A DNA stretch of 64,000 nt from Octopus vulgaris (Eukaryota). How positions within the stretch are numbered: position 1 is the first letter of the stretch; each line of letters starts with the position of its first letter. The DNA lies in the NCBI GenBank assembly GCA_951406725.2, contig OX597831.1, forward strand, positions 36,022,001 to 36,086,000, in the 5' to 3' direction. This document shows positions 13,563 through 25,775 of the stretch, piece by piece. The position numbers and the translations under genes were made by a program. A model generated the notes under the pieces. That model saw only the letters and a program-made list of their open reading frames with translations. It had not been told where the DNA came from and did no database searches.

Positions 13563-14168
13563 AGCAGCTCATCACTACCACTGTTGTCTTCTTTCCTGTT
13601 ACTCCTACTCACCTTCATATAATATAGAGTGACCATGTATCTCCTCTACTGCTAGGGACCTGTGCCTGTCTCTGTATCTCATTTTAGCCCCTCAGCAGTT
13701 GAGATGTTGCCTGAGGGTATTTTCTTTGCCTTACAATTGATCTCACTAGTGCCGGCGTTGTGCAAAAAGCTCTCCGTAAACTCTGTGATGCAGCTGGCAT
13801 TAGGAAGGACATGAAGCTGTAGATACCATACCAAAACTGACACTGGAGCTTCATGCAGTTCTCTGGCACGCTGGACCCTGTTGGACCATCCAACTGAAGA
13901 GAAGTGTGAAATGCTGGTACCAACGGTTGTGTGTGTGTGTGTGTGTGTGTGTGAATGTATATAATTTATGACTGATTTATCTAGAAGCTGATGTATGCTG
14001 TTTATTAGGAAAGGAAGCTGGTTTTGGGTGTGGAGTGACAACAAACCATGAAACATTCCACCAGGAATGTTCTTTGCTCTTTTTTTTCCCCAGAAAATCA
14101 ATAGCATAGAAATAAGTGTTTACAGTTTTATTTCCTCTTCATCAAACTTTTTAATATCTTCATTTATT

Positions 14169-14806
14169 TAAGGCAGCAAGCTGGCAGAAACGTTAGCACA
14201 CTGGGTGAAATACTTAGCAGTATTTCGTCTCCTGTTACGTTCTGAGTCAAAATTCCGCTGAGGTCAACTTTGCCTTTCATCCTTTCGGGGTCGATAAATT
14301 AAGTACCAGTTACGTACACTGGGATCCATGTAGTCAACTTAATCCCTTTGTCCTTGTTTGTCTCCTTGTTTAGTCTCTTGTGGGCAATAAAGAAATAAGA
14401 AATGTTTGCACACTGGGTGAAAGGCTTAGCAGTATTTCGTCTGTTTTTACGTCCTGAGTTCAAATTCCCCTAAGGTTGACTTTGTCTTGCATCCTTTGAG
14501 GTCGATAAATTAGATATCAGTTGTGTACTAGGGTCGATCTAATTAACTGGCTCCCCCAAAAAAAATTTCGGGCCTTGTGCCTCGAGTAGAACCGAATATT
14601 TTCATTCAAGGTGGCAAGCTGACAGAAATGTTAGCACATCGGGTGAAATGCTTAGTGGTATTTCGTCTGTCTTTACATTCTGAGTTCAAATTCTGCCAAG
14701 GTCTTCAGGGTCGATAAATTAAGTACCAGTTGTGTACAGAGGTGGATCTAATTGACTTCCCCTCTCCCCCAAAATTTTGGGTCTTGTGCCTAGAGTTGAA
14801 AAGAAT
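14169..14806 (+). mobile_element. three tandem SINE family B copies
   Basis: Heads at ~14169, ~14400 and ~14608. Confidence 0.85.
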
Positions 14807-15707
14807 ATTTTCATTTATTTCAATTCTTCTGATTTATGGTGTTTTAGGCAAAAGATGCATATTATCAAAAGCACAATTATGCAAATTAGGCTATCCACCA
14901 TGTAGCTAGCTTTACTTATGACTGTTTTATATGGTAGCTGATTTATGTTTTCGATTGGAGAAGGAATCAGGTTTATATGTTTCCTGAGGAGTGATCAAGA
15001 AACCATGAATCTGTCTATGAGGAAACTCTCTCTTACATTTTCCTGCAAATCAATTACATTGAAAGGGTACACTTACATTCGCATTTTGCTCACAGTGTGG
15101 CTTTGTGTTATTTAGATTGATTTTTTCCTTCCCATTTATTCACTGTTGTGTGTGCACGTATATATGTATATATACATACATATATGTATGTATGTGTATG
15201 TGTGTGTGTGTGTGTGCATGTACATACACACACATAAACATATTTATACACAAATATGTGCATAGAAAGCAGACATCTCTATACATAGAAACATCAACAT
15301 ACAATCCTTCTTTTACTGTTCTGTTAATGGTTTCAGTCATTGTTCTGTGGCCTTGCTGGGGGTAAGTAGGAAAGACTATCTTTGAGGGCTTTTTGTTGAT
15401 TATATGAAAATGCTTCCCACTTTATTCTGCAGAGAGCGACCCCCTGTAGTTTGACCAGGAATTCTATTTGCACAGCAAAATGTACATTTACTAAACATAC
15501 ACCAGAAGATTTATTTACAAACTTATCTAGACCAGAAACATACTATCTCAGTATCTTATCTAATTAATATAAAATCACCATACAAAGCAGTGAGCTGGTG
15601 GTATCGTTAGCAATGCTGGGCAAAAAAGCTTAACAGCATTTCATTCATCTTTACGTTCTGAGTTCAAATTTCACTGAGGTTGACTTTGCCTTTCATCTTT
15701 TTGAGGT

Positions 15708-16098
15708 TACTCTTTTACTCTTTTTCTGGTTTCAGTTATGTGACTGTGGCCATGCTGCAGCACTGCCTTTAGTCGAGCAAATCGACCCCAGGAATGTAAG
15801 CATAGTACATATTCTATTGATCTCTTTTGCCGAACCGCTAAGTTACGGGGATGTAAACACATCAACATCAGTTGTCAAGCGATGTTGGGGGGGGGGAGGC
15901 AAATACAGACACACAAACATATACACACACATACATATATATATATACATATATACGACGGTCTTCTTTCAGTTTCCGTCTACCAAATCCACTCACAAGG
16001 TTTTGGTCGGCCTGAGGCCATAGTAGAAGACACTTGCCCAAAGTGCCATGCAGTGGGACTGAACCTGAAACTTACCACACAGCCACTCCTACGCCTAT
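15708..16098 (-). mobile_element. tRNA-derived SINE family A
   Basis: Minus strand ggcgtaggagtggctgtgtggtaag...gggcaagtgtcttctactat...gaaagaagaccgtcg, internal (TA/TG)n and an agtaaaagag tail. Confidence 0.85.
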
Positions 16099-16914
16099 AA
16101 AAATTATAAAAAATTTAAAAAATCTATTGATAAAAAAAAAATAGCATTGGGGTCAGTTTAATCGACTTAACCCCTTCTCTGAAATTGCTGGCCTTCTGAA
16201 GCCAGTATGATACCATTATATAGTGCTTTACATACAGAGAACTCAGTACCTGCTAAGAGTATCACTACAGCCATTGGTGTCCAGTAATAAGTGATGTCAC
16301 TCAGAAAATGTTAAGGTTGTTTTTGGCCTTTGTATCACAGTAATCTGTTTTTCTCTTCTGTTAGCCAAGCAGCCTTCTCACCATACCACAATTAGTTGCA
16401 ACCACCCAACAATTATTTCATAGTATATTTATCCATTATGAAACTTTCTTTGTGCTCACCTGCTGATCACAAATCATAGCCCTGTTATACCACCCATGTC
16501 TAATGCTTACCTGGTAAAACATTGTAGATCTGACCACAAAATTAAACCATTACATCTTCACTGGAAATAATTGAGACACAAAAATTGGCGTGCGTTAGTA
16601 TGTCTCTCTGGATTTTCTCTGTTTTTAAGAACTTCGTTTGATATGCCAACTCTAATATGCTTTCTCAAATCACATTATTATGCCCCAGTCAAATTATTAA
16701 GCTTTGAGGTAAGGGTGATGCTTCATTAGTGCAATTTGAATCAGGGACATGAGCACCTCTTCCTCCTCCAGTGAATAGCACTATTAGGAAGTCTGAAACT
16801 TGGCTTTCATTTGCCTACACAGTTGCAACAGATTTATACACACATATGCATACATACATACATGCATGCATGCATGCATGCATACATGCATACATACATA
16901 CATACATACATACA

Positions 16915-17221
16915 TCACCGTCACCGTGACCAATCAGGCTATCAGATGTTGCTACACATCGCTGATCACAATGCGCTTTGCATTGTTTTAGCCTTCAAAT
17001 AATGCCACCCCACTGGCTAAGCGAGCAGGCCAGCAGAAGAAAGAGTGAGAGAAAGTTGCAGCAAAAGAGTACAGCAAGGATCGTTGCCACCCCCTGCCGG
17101 AACATCGTGGAGCTATAGGTGTTTTCGCTCAATAAACACTCACAACGCCCGGTCTCGGATTCGAAACCGTGATCCTACAACCGCGAGTCCGCTGACCTAA
17201 CCACTGGGCCATTGCACCTCC

Positions 17222-17222
<1 letters not shown>
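16915..17222 (-). mobile_element. tRNA-derived SINE family D
   Basis: Head tggaggtgcaatggcccagtggttaggtcagcggactcgcgg..gtttcgaatcc. Confidence 0.85.
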
Positions 17223-17275
<53 letters not shown>

Positions 17276-17305
17276 TGTTATATTTCGGAATGGTCATATT
17301 TAAAC

Positions 17306-17344
<39 letters not shown>

Positions 17345-17357
17345 GCGCCTCCATATA

Positions 17358-17388
<31 letters not shown>

Positions 17389-17476
17389 TGTTATATTTCG
17401 GAATGGTCATATTTAAACGTATATATATATATGCATATATGCACACACACACACAAACATGTATATATATATATAA

Positions 17477-17705
17477 TGGGAATCCTGTTATGGGGAAAAT
17501 AAAGGTAAAACTAAAAATATAATATATAGACATATAGTTACAACTGAGGGCAAGGAATTCTTTTACATCATTGGAAGATCAGTAACTTTCAAGAGGAGAC
17601 TGGCAAATCATTTGAGTTCATTTAAAGATAAAAACAAGGGTAATATAATAAATTCTAGACAGGAGCAAGCATTGGGGTGCTTACACATGAGGAAATTCAC
17701 TTTTC
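17477..17705 (+). pseudogene. Penelope-like element GIY-YIG endonuclease fragment
   Basis: Open frame WESCYGENKGKTKNIIYRHIVTTEGKEFFYIIGRSVTFKRRLANHLSSFKDKNK, with IIY...YI(I)G...FKRR..NH.SSF signature; abuts (TA)n. Confidence 0.75.
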
Positions 17706-18104
17706 TTCATCCTCCTCCTCCTCTTCCTCATCTTCATCATCGTTTAACGTCCGTTTTCTATTCCGGCATGGGTTGGATGGTTCGACTGTTGTCTGGGAAG
17801 CCAGGAGGCTGCACAAGGCCCCAATCTGATCTGGCATGTGGTTGGGAAGCAAGCTACTTACCACACTGCCTCACCTGCGCCTATGATTATTTCAGAATTT
17901 AATGTGGGAAAAGGTAGGAAAAAGTGCAGACATTTCCTGTATCTCGAATTTGTCTCTTCGTATGTTTTGATAATTTAATTACAATTAAATTGGACAAAAA
18001 AAAAGAAAAACTTCAGAGACTCACATGTTTCCTGCAATTTCTAACATAGCAAACAACCACGTAAAGGTTGAGTATTGTTTGTTTTAAAGAAAGAGATTAA
18101 GACT

Positions 18105-18320
18105 TACGGTGATGTACTTGCATAGCAAGTGACCTGATCTGAGATCATGTGCTAGAACGAAAACAATTGCAGCATGGAATGTGTTTATAAGCCATTTAAG
18201 AACACACACAAAAAACGTCAAATTCACTTCAACATTTAAATTTAATTTGCCAAAATATTTTTGGCACTTTGAGACTGCGATCTGTTCACTGACGAAATTC
18301 CATGCAGCATCTGCAGATTA
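18105..18320. mobile_element. interspersed repeat, same family as 56626-56940
   Basis: gatgtacttgcatagcaagtgacctgatctgagatc...gtttataagccattta...tgttcactgacgaaatt. Confidence 0.7.
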
Positions 18321-18970
18321 AGACTGCAATAAAATAATGAACAAAATTTAAATTCAATTATTAGTGTTAACACTATACTCATCTTTGTACAAAGATTTCT
18401 TTCAGGGAATATTCTGCAAATGAAATAATCCTCAAAAGTAATTTTTTTTTCAGGTTAATTATATAATCACAATATCTGTCCTTCCCCATTAATGTTCACG
18501 TTAAATTCCAAAATGATTGTAATTCATACTATCTAAAATGTGCTTGTAGGAAATTTCATTAAAAAATATAAAATTTCTGAAACTTACGAGAAAGCAAATT
18601 AAGGTGTGTGTGAATTATTACAAAATGCTCTTGAAAATATTTTTCACAAAAAAAAAAAAAAAAAATTCTAAAATAATCATAATTCTACATTGTATGAAAG
18701 ATAGCAGAAAGTTTTGCTAAAAAAAATTATCTCTTCTTCAGAAAGTTAAGTGGAAACAAAATTAGATCGGGAATACGCTTCTGTAGTTATGCTGAATTAA
18801 AAAAAACAGGTAACTAATTAAACATTAAAACATTAATGAACTTAAAAAAACATTAAACATTAAAAAGCATTAAAGAAACAGTTAGCTAATTAAAATTCAA
18901 TCAATATTTTGCAATGAATAAAAATTTCAAGTTGAAATCTTCAATAATAGAAGCAGTGGAAGCTACATCT

Positions 18971-19014
<44 letters not shown>

Positions 19015-19017
<3 letters not shown>

Positions 19018-19365
19018 ATTGAACCAGCCAGGATCCCTGGTCTGGTGGTACGTAAAAAGCACTATCCGACTCGTGGCCGATGCTAGCGCTGCCTCGACTG
19101 GCTTCCGTGCCGGTGGCACATAAAATACACCATTCCGACCGTGGCCGTTGCCAGCCTCACCTGGCACCTGTGCAGGTGGCACGTAAATAGCACCCACTAC
19201 ACTCACGGAGTGTTTGGCGTTAGGAAGGGCATCCAGCTGTAGAAACATTGCCAGATAAAACTGGAGCCTGGTGCAGCCTTCTGGCTTCCCAGATCCCCGG
19301 TCGAACCGTCCAACCCATGCTAGCATGGAGAACGGACGTTAAACGATAATGATGATGATGATGAT
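19015..19365 (+). mobile_element. SINE-like family C, CpG-rich (young) copy
   Basis: Internal repeats plus tail ggagaacggacgttaaacgataatgatg. Confidence 0.85.
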
Positions 19366-19507
19366 ATATATATGTAAATTGAAATTTATGGTAATTTTCT
19401 AGACAGGGAAGATTTTAATAATTGCTTTCTTTCAGTAAACGTTACACACTCCAAAGTAATTAATGCACAGTTTTCTTTATCATACTAGAGATAAACCCAC
19501 ATACATA

Positions 19508-19540
<33 letters not shown>

Positions 19541-19545
<5 letters not shown>

Positions 19546-19700
19546 AGAATTTATGAAAAAACACAAGACGAAGACAGGTGGTGTACAAAACAAACAGATG
19601 TATTAGTATAGCACTCAGGAATAGAAAAAGTCTTTTACGTTTCGAGCCTACGCTCTTTTTCAGAAAGGGACACAGAAAAACAAGGAGAAAAAAAAGAGGA
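19541..19700 (-). mobile_element. Penelope-like non-autonomous fragment with minimal hammerhead motif
   Basis: Minus strand cttt-CTGAAAA-a-gagc gtag gctc-GAAACGTA-aaag (19632-19667); abuts (TA)n; second copy at 41995-42190. Confidence 0.65.
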
Positions 19701-19710
19701 GAAAAAACGG

Positions 19711-20125
19711 ATATCATCATCATCATCATCATTTAACGTCCGCTTTCCATGCTAGCATGGGTTGGACGGTTAAACTGGGGTCTGGGGAGCCCGAAGGCTG
19801 CACCAGGCCAGTTAGATCTGGCAGTGTTTCTACAGCTGGATGCCCTTCCTAACGCCAACCACTCCGAGAGTGTAGTGGGTGATTTTATGTACCACGCTCG
19901 GATATATATATATATATTGTCATCATTGTTTAAAGTCCATTTTCCATGTTGGTATGGGTCAGACAGTTTGACATGGAGCTGGCCAGCTAAAAGCTGTCCA
20001 AACTCCAATTGTGTGTTGTGGTATGGTTTCTATGACTGGATACCCTTCCTTACACCAACCACCTAAAGCAGTGTGCTGGTTGCATTTTATGTGCCACAAG
20101 CCTCGGTGTTTTTATGTGGCTGGCA

Positions 20126-20128
<3 letters not shown>
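19711..20128 (-). mobile_element. two SINE-like family C copies
   Basis: Reverse tails at 19711 and 19921. Confidence 0.75.
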
Positions 20129-20201
<73 letters not shown>

Positions 20202-20319
20202 CATATATGATGAGCTTCTTTCAGTTTCCCTCTACTAAATCCACTCACAAGATTTTGGTCAACCAAGACGTATATATATAGAAATGATGATGATGATGAT
20301 ATCTACGTATGTGTGTGTG

Positions 20320-20363
<44 letters not shown>

Positions 20364-20622
20364 TATAGATATAGATAGATAGATAGATAGATACATACAT
20401 ACATACATAAATAGATAGATAGATATATAGACAGACAGACAGACAGACAGACAGATAGATACATAGACATACAGATAGATACATTGATATACAGGTAGAT
20501 AGATAAACAGATAAATAGATAGATAGCTTTATATACATATATATATATAAATAGATATTAGGAGAGAGATAAATATATATATGGGTATATAAATGCAAAC
20601 ACATAAATATGTATATACAAAT

Positions 20623-20695
<73 letters not shown>

Positions 20696-20938
20696 CACAC
20701 ACATACACATATGTATACATATATTTCTATGCATATAGGCACACTCAAAGACACACTCTGTGTGTGTGTGCATACATATATTAGTAGATATACACAAAAC
20801 CCAGTTATTATAAACATATTTCTACACTTATTGAAAGAGTTGTACTCTGCATTGCCATTTGATCTCATCTCTTCAGAACAAAGGACACAAAAGTGTATGT
20901 ATATTTGTAAGCATGTATGTATATATGTGTGTGTGTGT

Positions 20939-20978
<40 letters not shown>

Positions 20979-21438
20979 ATGTGATAAATATCGGCTTTGT
21001 TCATTGTATGTATTTATTTGAGCAAGTTTATTTTTTACTATTTTGCTTCATTAGTAAAGTAAACAAACCTTGACTAATGAAACACTTTTGGGCCCCATTA
21101 ACTCCATAATCAGGTTCATCTTTTTCAAAAGCTTTCGCTCACTTTGCTTGACTGTTATTCTAATTCTAACAGAAAAGAAAAGAAAAAAATCAAGTATTTC
21201 TGCATCCATTCTATTCTTATAATGACACAACCTTTTGATAATGCTGGGGCTAATGAAACTGTCTCTACGAGGTCATTGAATCAACCTGGGGAAAAACAGC
21301 ATATAAATCTCTATCTCAGATCATATCCTCGTCGTCGCCATCGTCGTCGCCATCGTCGTCGCCGTCGTCATCGTCATCATCATCATCGTTTAACATTCGC
21401 TTTCCATGCTGGCATGGGTTGGACGGTTTGACAGGACG

Positions 21439-21547
21439 GTTTCCCTCAGGATAGCTGGCGCCAGCGGGAGAACGACACACAATTCCGTCCAGTAAAGCGA
21501 ACGACTGGAGGCCTCGGGGACGTTGACGGCCTCGATCTACTCTCGAA
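21439..21547 (+). pseudogene. 28S rRNA fragment (retro-captured)
   Basis: gtttccctcaggatagctggcgc...tccagtaaagcgaacgactggaggcctcggggacg..cggcctcgatctactctcgaa is colinear with conserved eukaryotic 28S (GTTTCCCTCAGGATAGCTGG...GTAAAGCGAATGATTAGAGG...CTCAACCTATTCTCAAA). Confidence 0.85.
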
Positions 21548-21558
21548 GATAAAAAAAA

Positions 21559-21792
21559 AGGCGGCGAGCTGGCAGAAACGTTAGCACGCCGGGCGAAATG
21601 CTTTGTGGTATTTTGTCCGCCGCTACATTCTGAGTTCAAATTCCGCCGAGGTCGACTTTGCCTTTCATCCTTTTCGGGGTCGATAAATTAAGTACCAGTT
21701 ACGCACTGGGGTCGATGTAATCGACTTAATACCCATGTCTGTCCTTGTTTGTCCCCTCGATGTTTAGCCCCTTGTGAGTAATAAAGAAATAG
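21559..21792 (+). mobile_element. SINE family B, near-intact
   Basis: aaggcggcgagctggcagaaacgttagcacgccgggcg...gagttcaaattccgccgaggtcgac...aaagaaatag. Confidence 0.9.
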
Positions 21793-22004
21793 GTTTGACA
21801 TGCAGCTGGTTAGTAGGGAGCTGTCCTGACTCCAATTGTCTGTTGTTGTATGGTTTCTACGTCCAGATGCCCTTCCTATTGCCAACCATTTAACAGAGTG
21901 TGCTGGGTGCTTTTTATGTGCCACTGGCATGGATGCCTTCATTTAAGTGGCACCAGCGCCTGAAAGGACAAGCCTGTATGTATGGAAGACAGCAATTTTA
22001 CTTA

Positions 22005-22405
22005 GAGGCGAGCTGACAGAAATGTTAGCAGGTCAGGTAAAATGCTTAGCGGTATTTCATCTGCCACTACGTTCTGAGTTCAAATTCCGCCGATGTCGAC
22101 TTTGCCTTTCATCCTTTCAGGGTCACTTAAATAAGCACCAGTTACGCATTGAGGTCGATATAATCGACTTAATCCTTTTATCTGTCCTTGTTTGTCCTCT
22201 ATGTGTTTAGTCCCTTGTGGGTACTAAAGAAATAGGTATTTCATCTGTCTTTACATTCTGAGTTCAAATTCCGCCGAGGTTGACTTTGCCTTTCATCCTT
22301 ACAGGGTCAATAAATTAAGTACCAGTTGCATACTGGGGTCGATCTAATTGACTGTCATTCCCACCAAAAACCATTGTGGGCCTTGTACCTAGAGTCGAAA
22401 AGAAT
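22005..22405 (+). mobile_element. SINE family B, dimeric copy
   Basis: Body repeated twice. Confidence 0.85.
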
Positions 22406-22914
22406 TTTACTTAGATTGACACGTCTTAAAAAAAATGGTAATATTGAGAAATGTAGTCCAAGATACACTATGTGAAAAAGACATTGCATCATGGCAAGAA
22501 AACATTAGATCATAGATCTGTTGGATTGTAGCTAAGCCAAGGATGAACAGCTGAAACAATATGTTGACCTGAAGAGAGAACTATTATCTGGTTACAACCT
22601 TTCTCTCTCCCTGTTTGAAATTTCAAGCCAAATCTCTCAGAAAATCTACCCAGTATTTATTTAAATGGTAAGACCTCACTGGGTCGTGTGTATAATACTG
22701 AGTATCTCAAAAAGACAGGATTGCCTTAGATGGACTCTTTTCATGGTGGGGTTGCCTGATCAGGACTGAATCAAGCTGACGCTAAACAAAAAGATGAATA
22801 AGAATATTAAGAAAATGAGGAACATTTCGATAATAATGCTTGCTTACTGATAAAATTTCAATAATAGGAGGTAAAACAATAATTTCCTCCATATTTTAGA
22901 TGTAAGCTGTTTGT

Positions 22915-23209
22915 TTGTTCTCGAGCCATGCCCGGCTCATAAGGGCCGGTTTCCCAGTTTCCTTGGTGTATAGGTTCCCCACATGGATGAGACACTGGTC
23001 CGTTGCAGGTGAGCTGCAAGATGCAGGAGGAAAGAATTAGAGAAAGTTGTGGCGAAAGAGTCAGCAGAAGTTTGCCATTACCTTCTGCTAGAGCCACGTG
23101 AAGCTTAGGTGTTTCGCTCATAAAAACACACATCGCCCGGTCTGAGATTCGAACCCAGGATCCCTCGACCGCGAGTCTGCTGCTCTAACCACTAGGCCAT
23201 GTGCCTCCA
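22915..23209 (-). mobile_element. tRNA-derived SINE family D variant
   Basis: Head tggaggcacatggcctagtggttagagcagcagactcgcgg..ggttcgaatctcag; close copy at 60917-61214. Confidence 0.85.
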
Positions 23210-23341
23210 CTAGATGTAAGCAGAAGGTTACAAATGGCTGACCCTATACAGTGACGTTCACAATTTGTCTCAAGTTTACAAAATACTGCTATTCTAATTG
23301 GACATTTCTCAAAGACATGAAAATATCCACACACACATACA

Positions 23342-23433
<92 letters not shown>

Positions 23434-24114
23434 TGTCCATAAACTAGTGATATGCTCTTAGTAAAACTCTCTTAATTTCTTTTACTGTTAAACTCATGTC
23501 TCTTTTGCCTCTGTGTGTGTGTGTGAGTGGTGTATATGCGTAGTATGTGTGGTGTACGTGTGCATGTGTATGTGTGTGTGTATATAAATTTACTCTTGAT
23601 CATTAAATTCGCATTCATTAAATTACCTTCGTTATCAAATACCTGCTTCATTTATGCCAATGTCTACGTTTAACACGATAGTGTTATGCACAGTAGTGAG
23701 GTATCTAGGTGTGACAACTCCACTGGCAATCATCAAACAATTTTGGTTGCTTTTAGGTGCTGACTGGCAACAAGCATCCTCAGCATCACCTTTACCATAA
23801 TCTTTTCTTCCCATGGGCAGAATTTTAGCCATGCCACCATTAATATCAGCATGATGAAAGATAGATGAGGAGAGATTGAGGAAATGCTGGAGATGCAGCT
23901 TGGAGATGTGAGCTCTGTACAATAGATGTGATTGAGGGGAACCTTATTTAGAGAATTTGCCAGCATGGAACAAAGGTACAAACTCTTCTGGGTAGGTGGG
24001 CTAGGCATAATCTTTGCAGGAAATAGACAGACAGAGTAAGTGAGGTAGAGTTTATGACAGAACAGAATAACTAAATTTAAACTGATGATTAGGCGAATAT
24101 AACATCAACAGTGA

Positions 24115-24452
24115 TTCTATATTTAAGAGATGACGAATTATGTACATTATTTACTCTATTTACATTTGACAGATATTTGTCCTCATATGGCATAGTAGTT
24201 AAGAGCGCGGGCTACTAACCTCAAGATTCCGAGTTCGATTCCAGGCAGTGACCTGAATAATAATAACAATAATAATAACATTGAAAAATACCTTAGGAAT
24301 GAGAACCCAGGTTCGAAATTTCCCCAAGACACCTGATGAAGACTGGAGGGTATTTCAGCTGAAATGTTGTGTTAACAACAAAGATGATGAGGACAAATAT
24401 CTGTCAAATGTAAATAATGTACATAATTCTTCATCTCTTAAATATAGAACTG
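24115..24452 (+). mobile_element. tRNA-headed Penelope-like element with minimal hammerhead ribozyme and inverted tail copy
   Basis: A box tggcatagtag, B box gagttcgattc, (AAT)n, hammerhead at 24328-24373; 24115-24186 is the reverse complement of the 3' tail. Confidence 0.75.
24328..24373 (+). ncRNA. minimal type-I hammerhead ribozyme motif
   Basis: gacac-CTGATGA-a-gactg gagggtattt cagct-GAAATGTT-gtgtt; stem I gacac/gtgtt. Confidence 0.6.
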
Positions 24453-24790
24453 TAGAATGATTATATTGCATCCCTGGAACAAGGATTTAAATGACTTTAG
24501 TTCTACTTGGTCTGTTGATATGGCTGTGGTTTGCTGTCTGTTGCGATAACAATGACGACCAAAGAAGGCTGGTTGGAGAAAGCTGGGTATGACAGGCTGG
24601 ATTTCTGGTTCCTTGATGATGGTCCAAAGACATGTGGTGTGTGGTCAATGGCTGCTGCCAAAGACCTAGTGAGACAGAATACAAGGGTTTTTATAACCTT
24701 GAATAGGCTCCAGAGGTAAAGTGGTCTTTCCTGCATTGAAAGCAAACTAGTGCAAACCCACAACTGGACAGTTGGTGACCAACCAATACA

Positions 24791-25775
24791 TGTGTAGTGT
24801 ACTCTTAGTGAAATTCTTCTGTCTCTGTCATATATACACAAATACAGATGTAGTAGATAACAGCTAGCTTTTGGCTGCTCTTTTGGACCCTGTTGTGTCC
24901 ACTACTCTGATTGGTTGGTATTGGCGCAGTTTGTCTCTTGCTCTATTGCGTGCCAATATGCAACCCAACCAATCGCAGCCTTCTGATAAGGTCGTGTGAG
25001 ACAGTCTCTTCCAAACTTCTGGTGAGCCAATAGCTTAGGATAAAATACTAGCTTTACACCATCTTTAATCTTTCGTCTTTCGGTTCTAGATCTTTTGATG
25101 TCTAACCACTGACCACAGAGCACACAGCCAGTTCCAGTGACAATACAACAGCAGCCACATGGAGACTCAACTTCGTCCAGCAGCATTCAGGACCTCCATC
25201 TCTGTCGCCTCTGTCTTCTTAACATCCCTAACAACATCTCTCTACATACACAGCAACCAGCAACCTTCACACAGGTTCTATCTCAACACTGTTTGTGAAT
25301 TACTTCACCATGGTTAACAGCAAACACAACCTGTGAGAACCTTCTGTACCAAGTAACTGGCTCTGCATAGTAGCCACAGCTTCACGCATGACACGTGCCT
25401 CAACTAGCTCAGCATTGCAGCCTCAACTTCTTGATACAGCACTTCATCTATCGTGTACCTTGACTACGAACTGGTATTTATCATCCTTGTGTCTGAACAT
25501 TCTTCTAACGTCATATTATAGACTCTTTCAATGCTCTGTACTTATTGTACACGCATACATCCATGTTTCTACATACACATTATGTATACATGACGCACAT
25601 ACTGACACACATGTTAACCTATCAATAAAATCTTTTCTTAAACATTCTACTCGGTTGTGTCTCTCTTTTCCTTCTGGCACTTATACACATTTATCCTTTT
25701 CATATTTATTGTATCAACTGTGCAATGTACTAAAGGAGCCATTCTCATCACCTGTCCTTTGCACAGTCGTTTACA
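24791..25775 (+). mobile_element. probable solo LTR
   Basis: TG...CA ends, imperfect 5-bp TSD ataca/aaaca, CCAAT-like motifs, TATA-like ggataaaata and AATAAA at ~25624. Confidence 0.45.

Noticed and set aside
24187-24255. Functional tRNA gene (and other SINE heads)
   Set aside because: A/B boxes are present, but the acceptor stem does not pair well and the head is fused to a repeat body.
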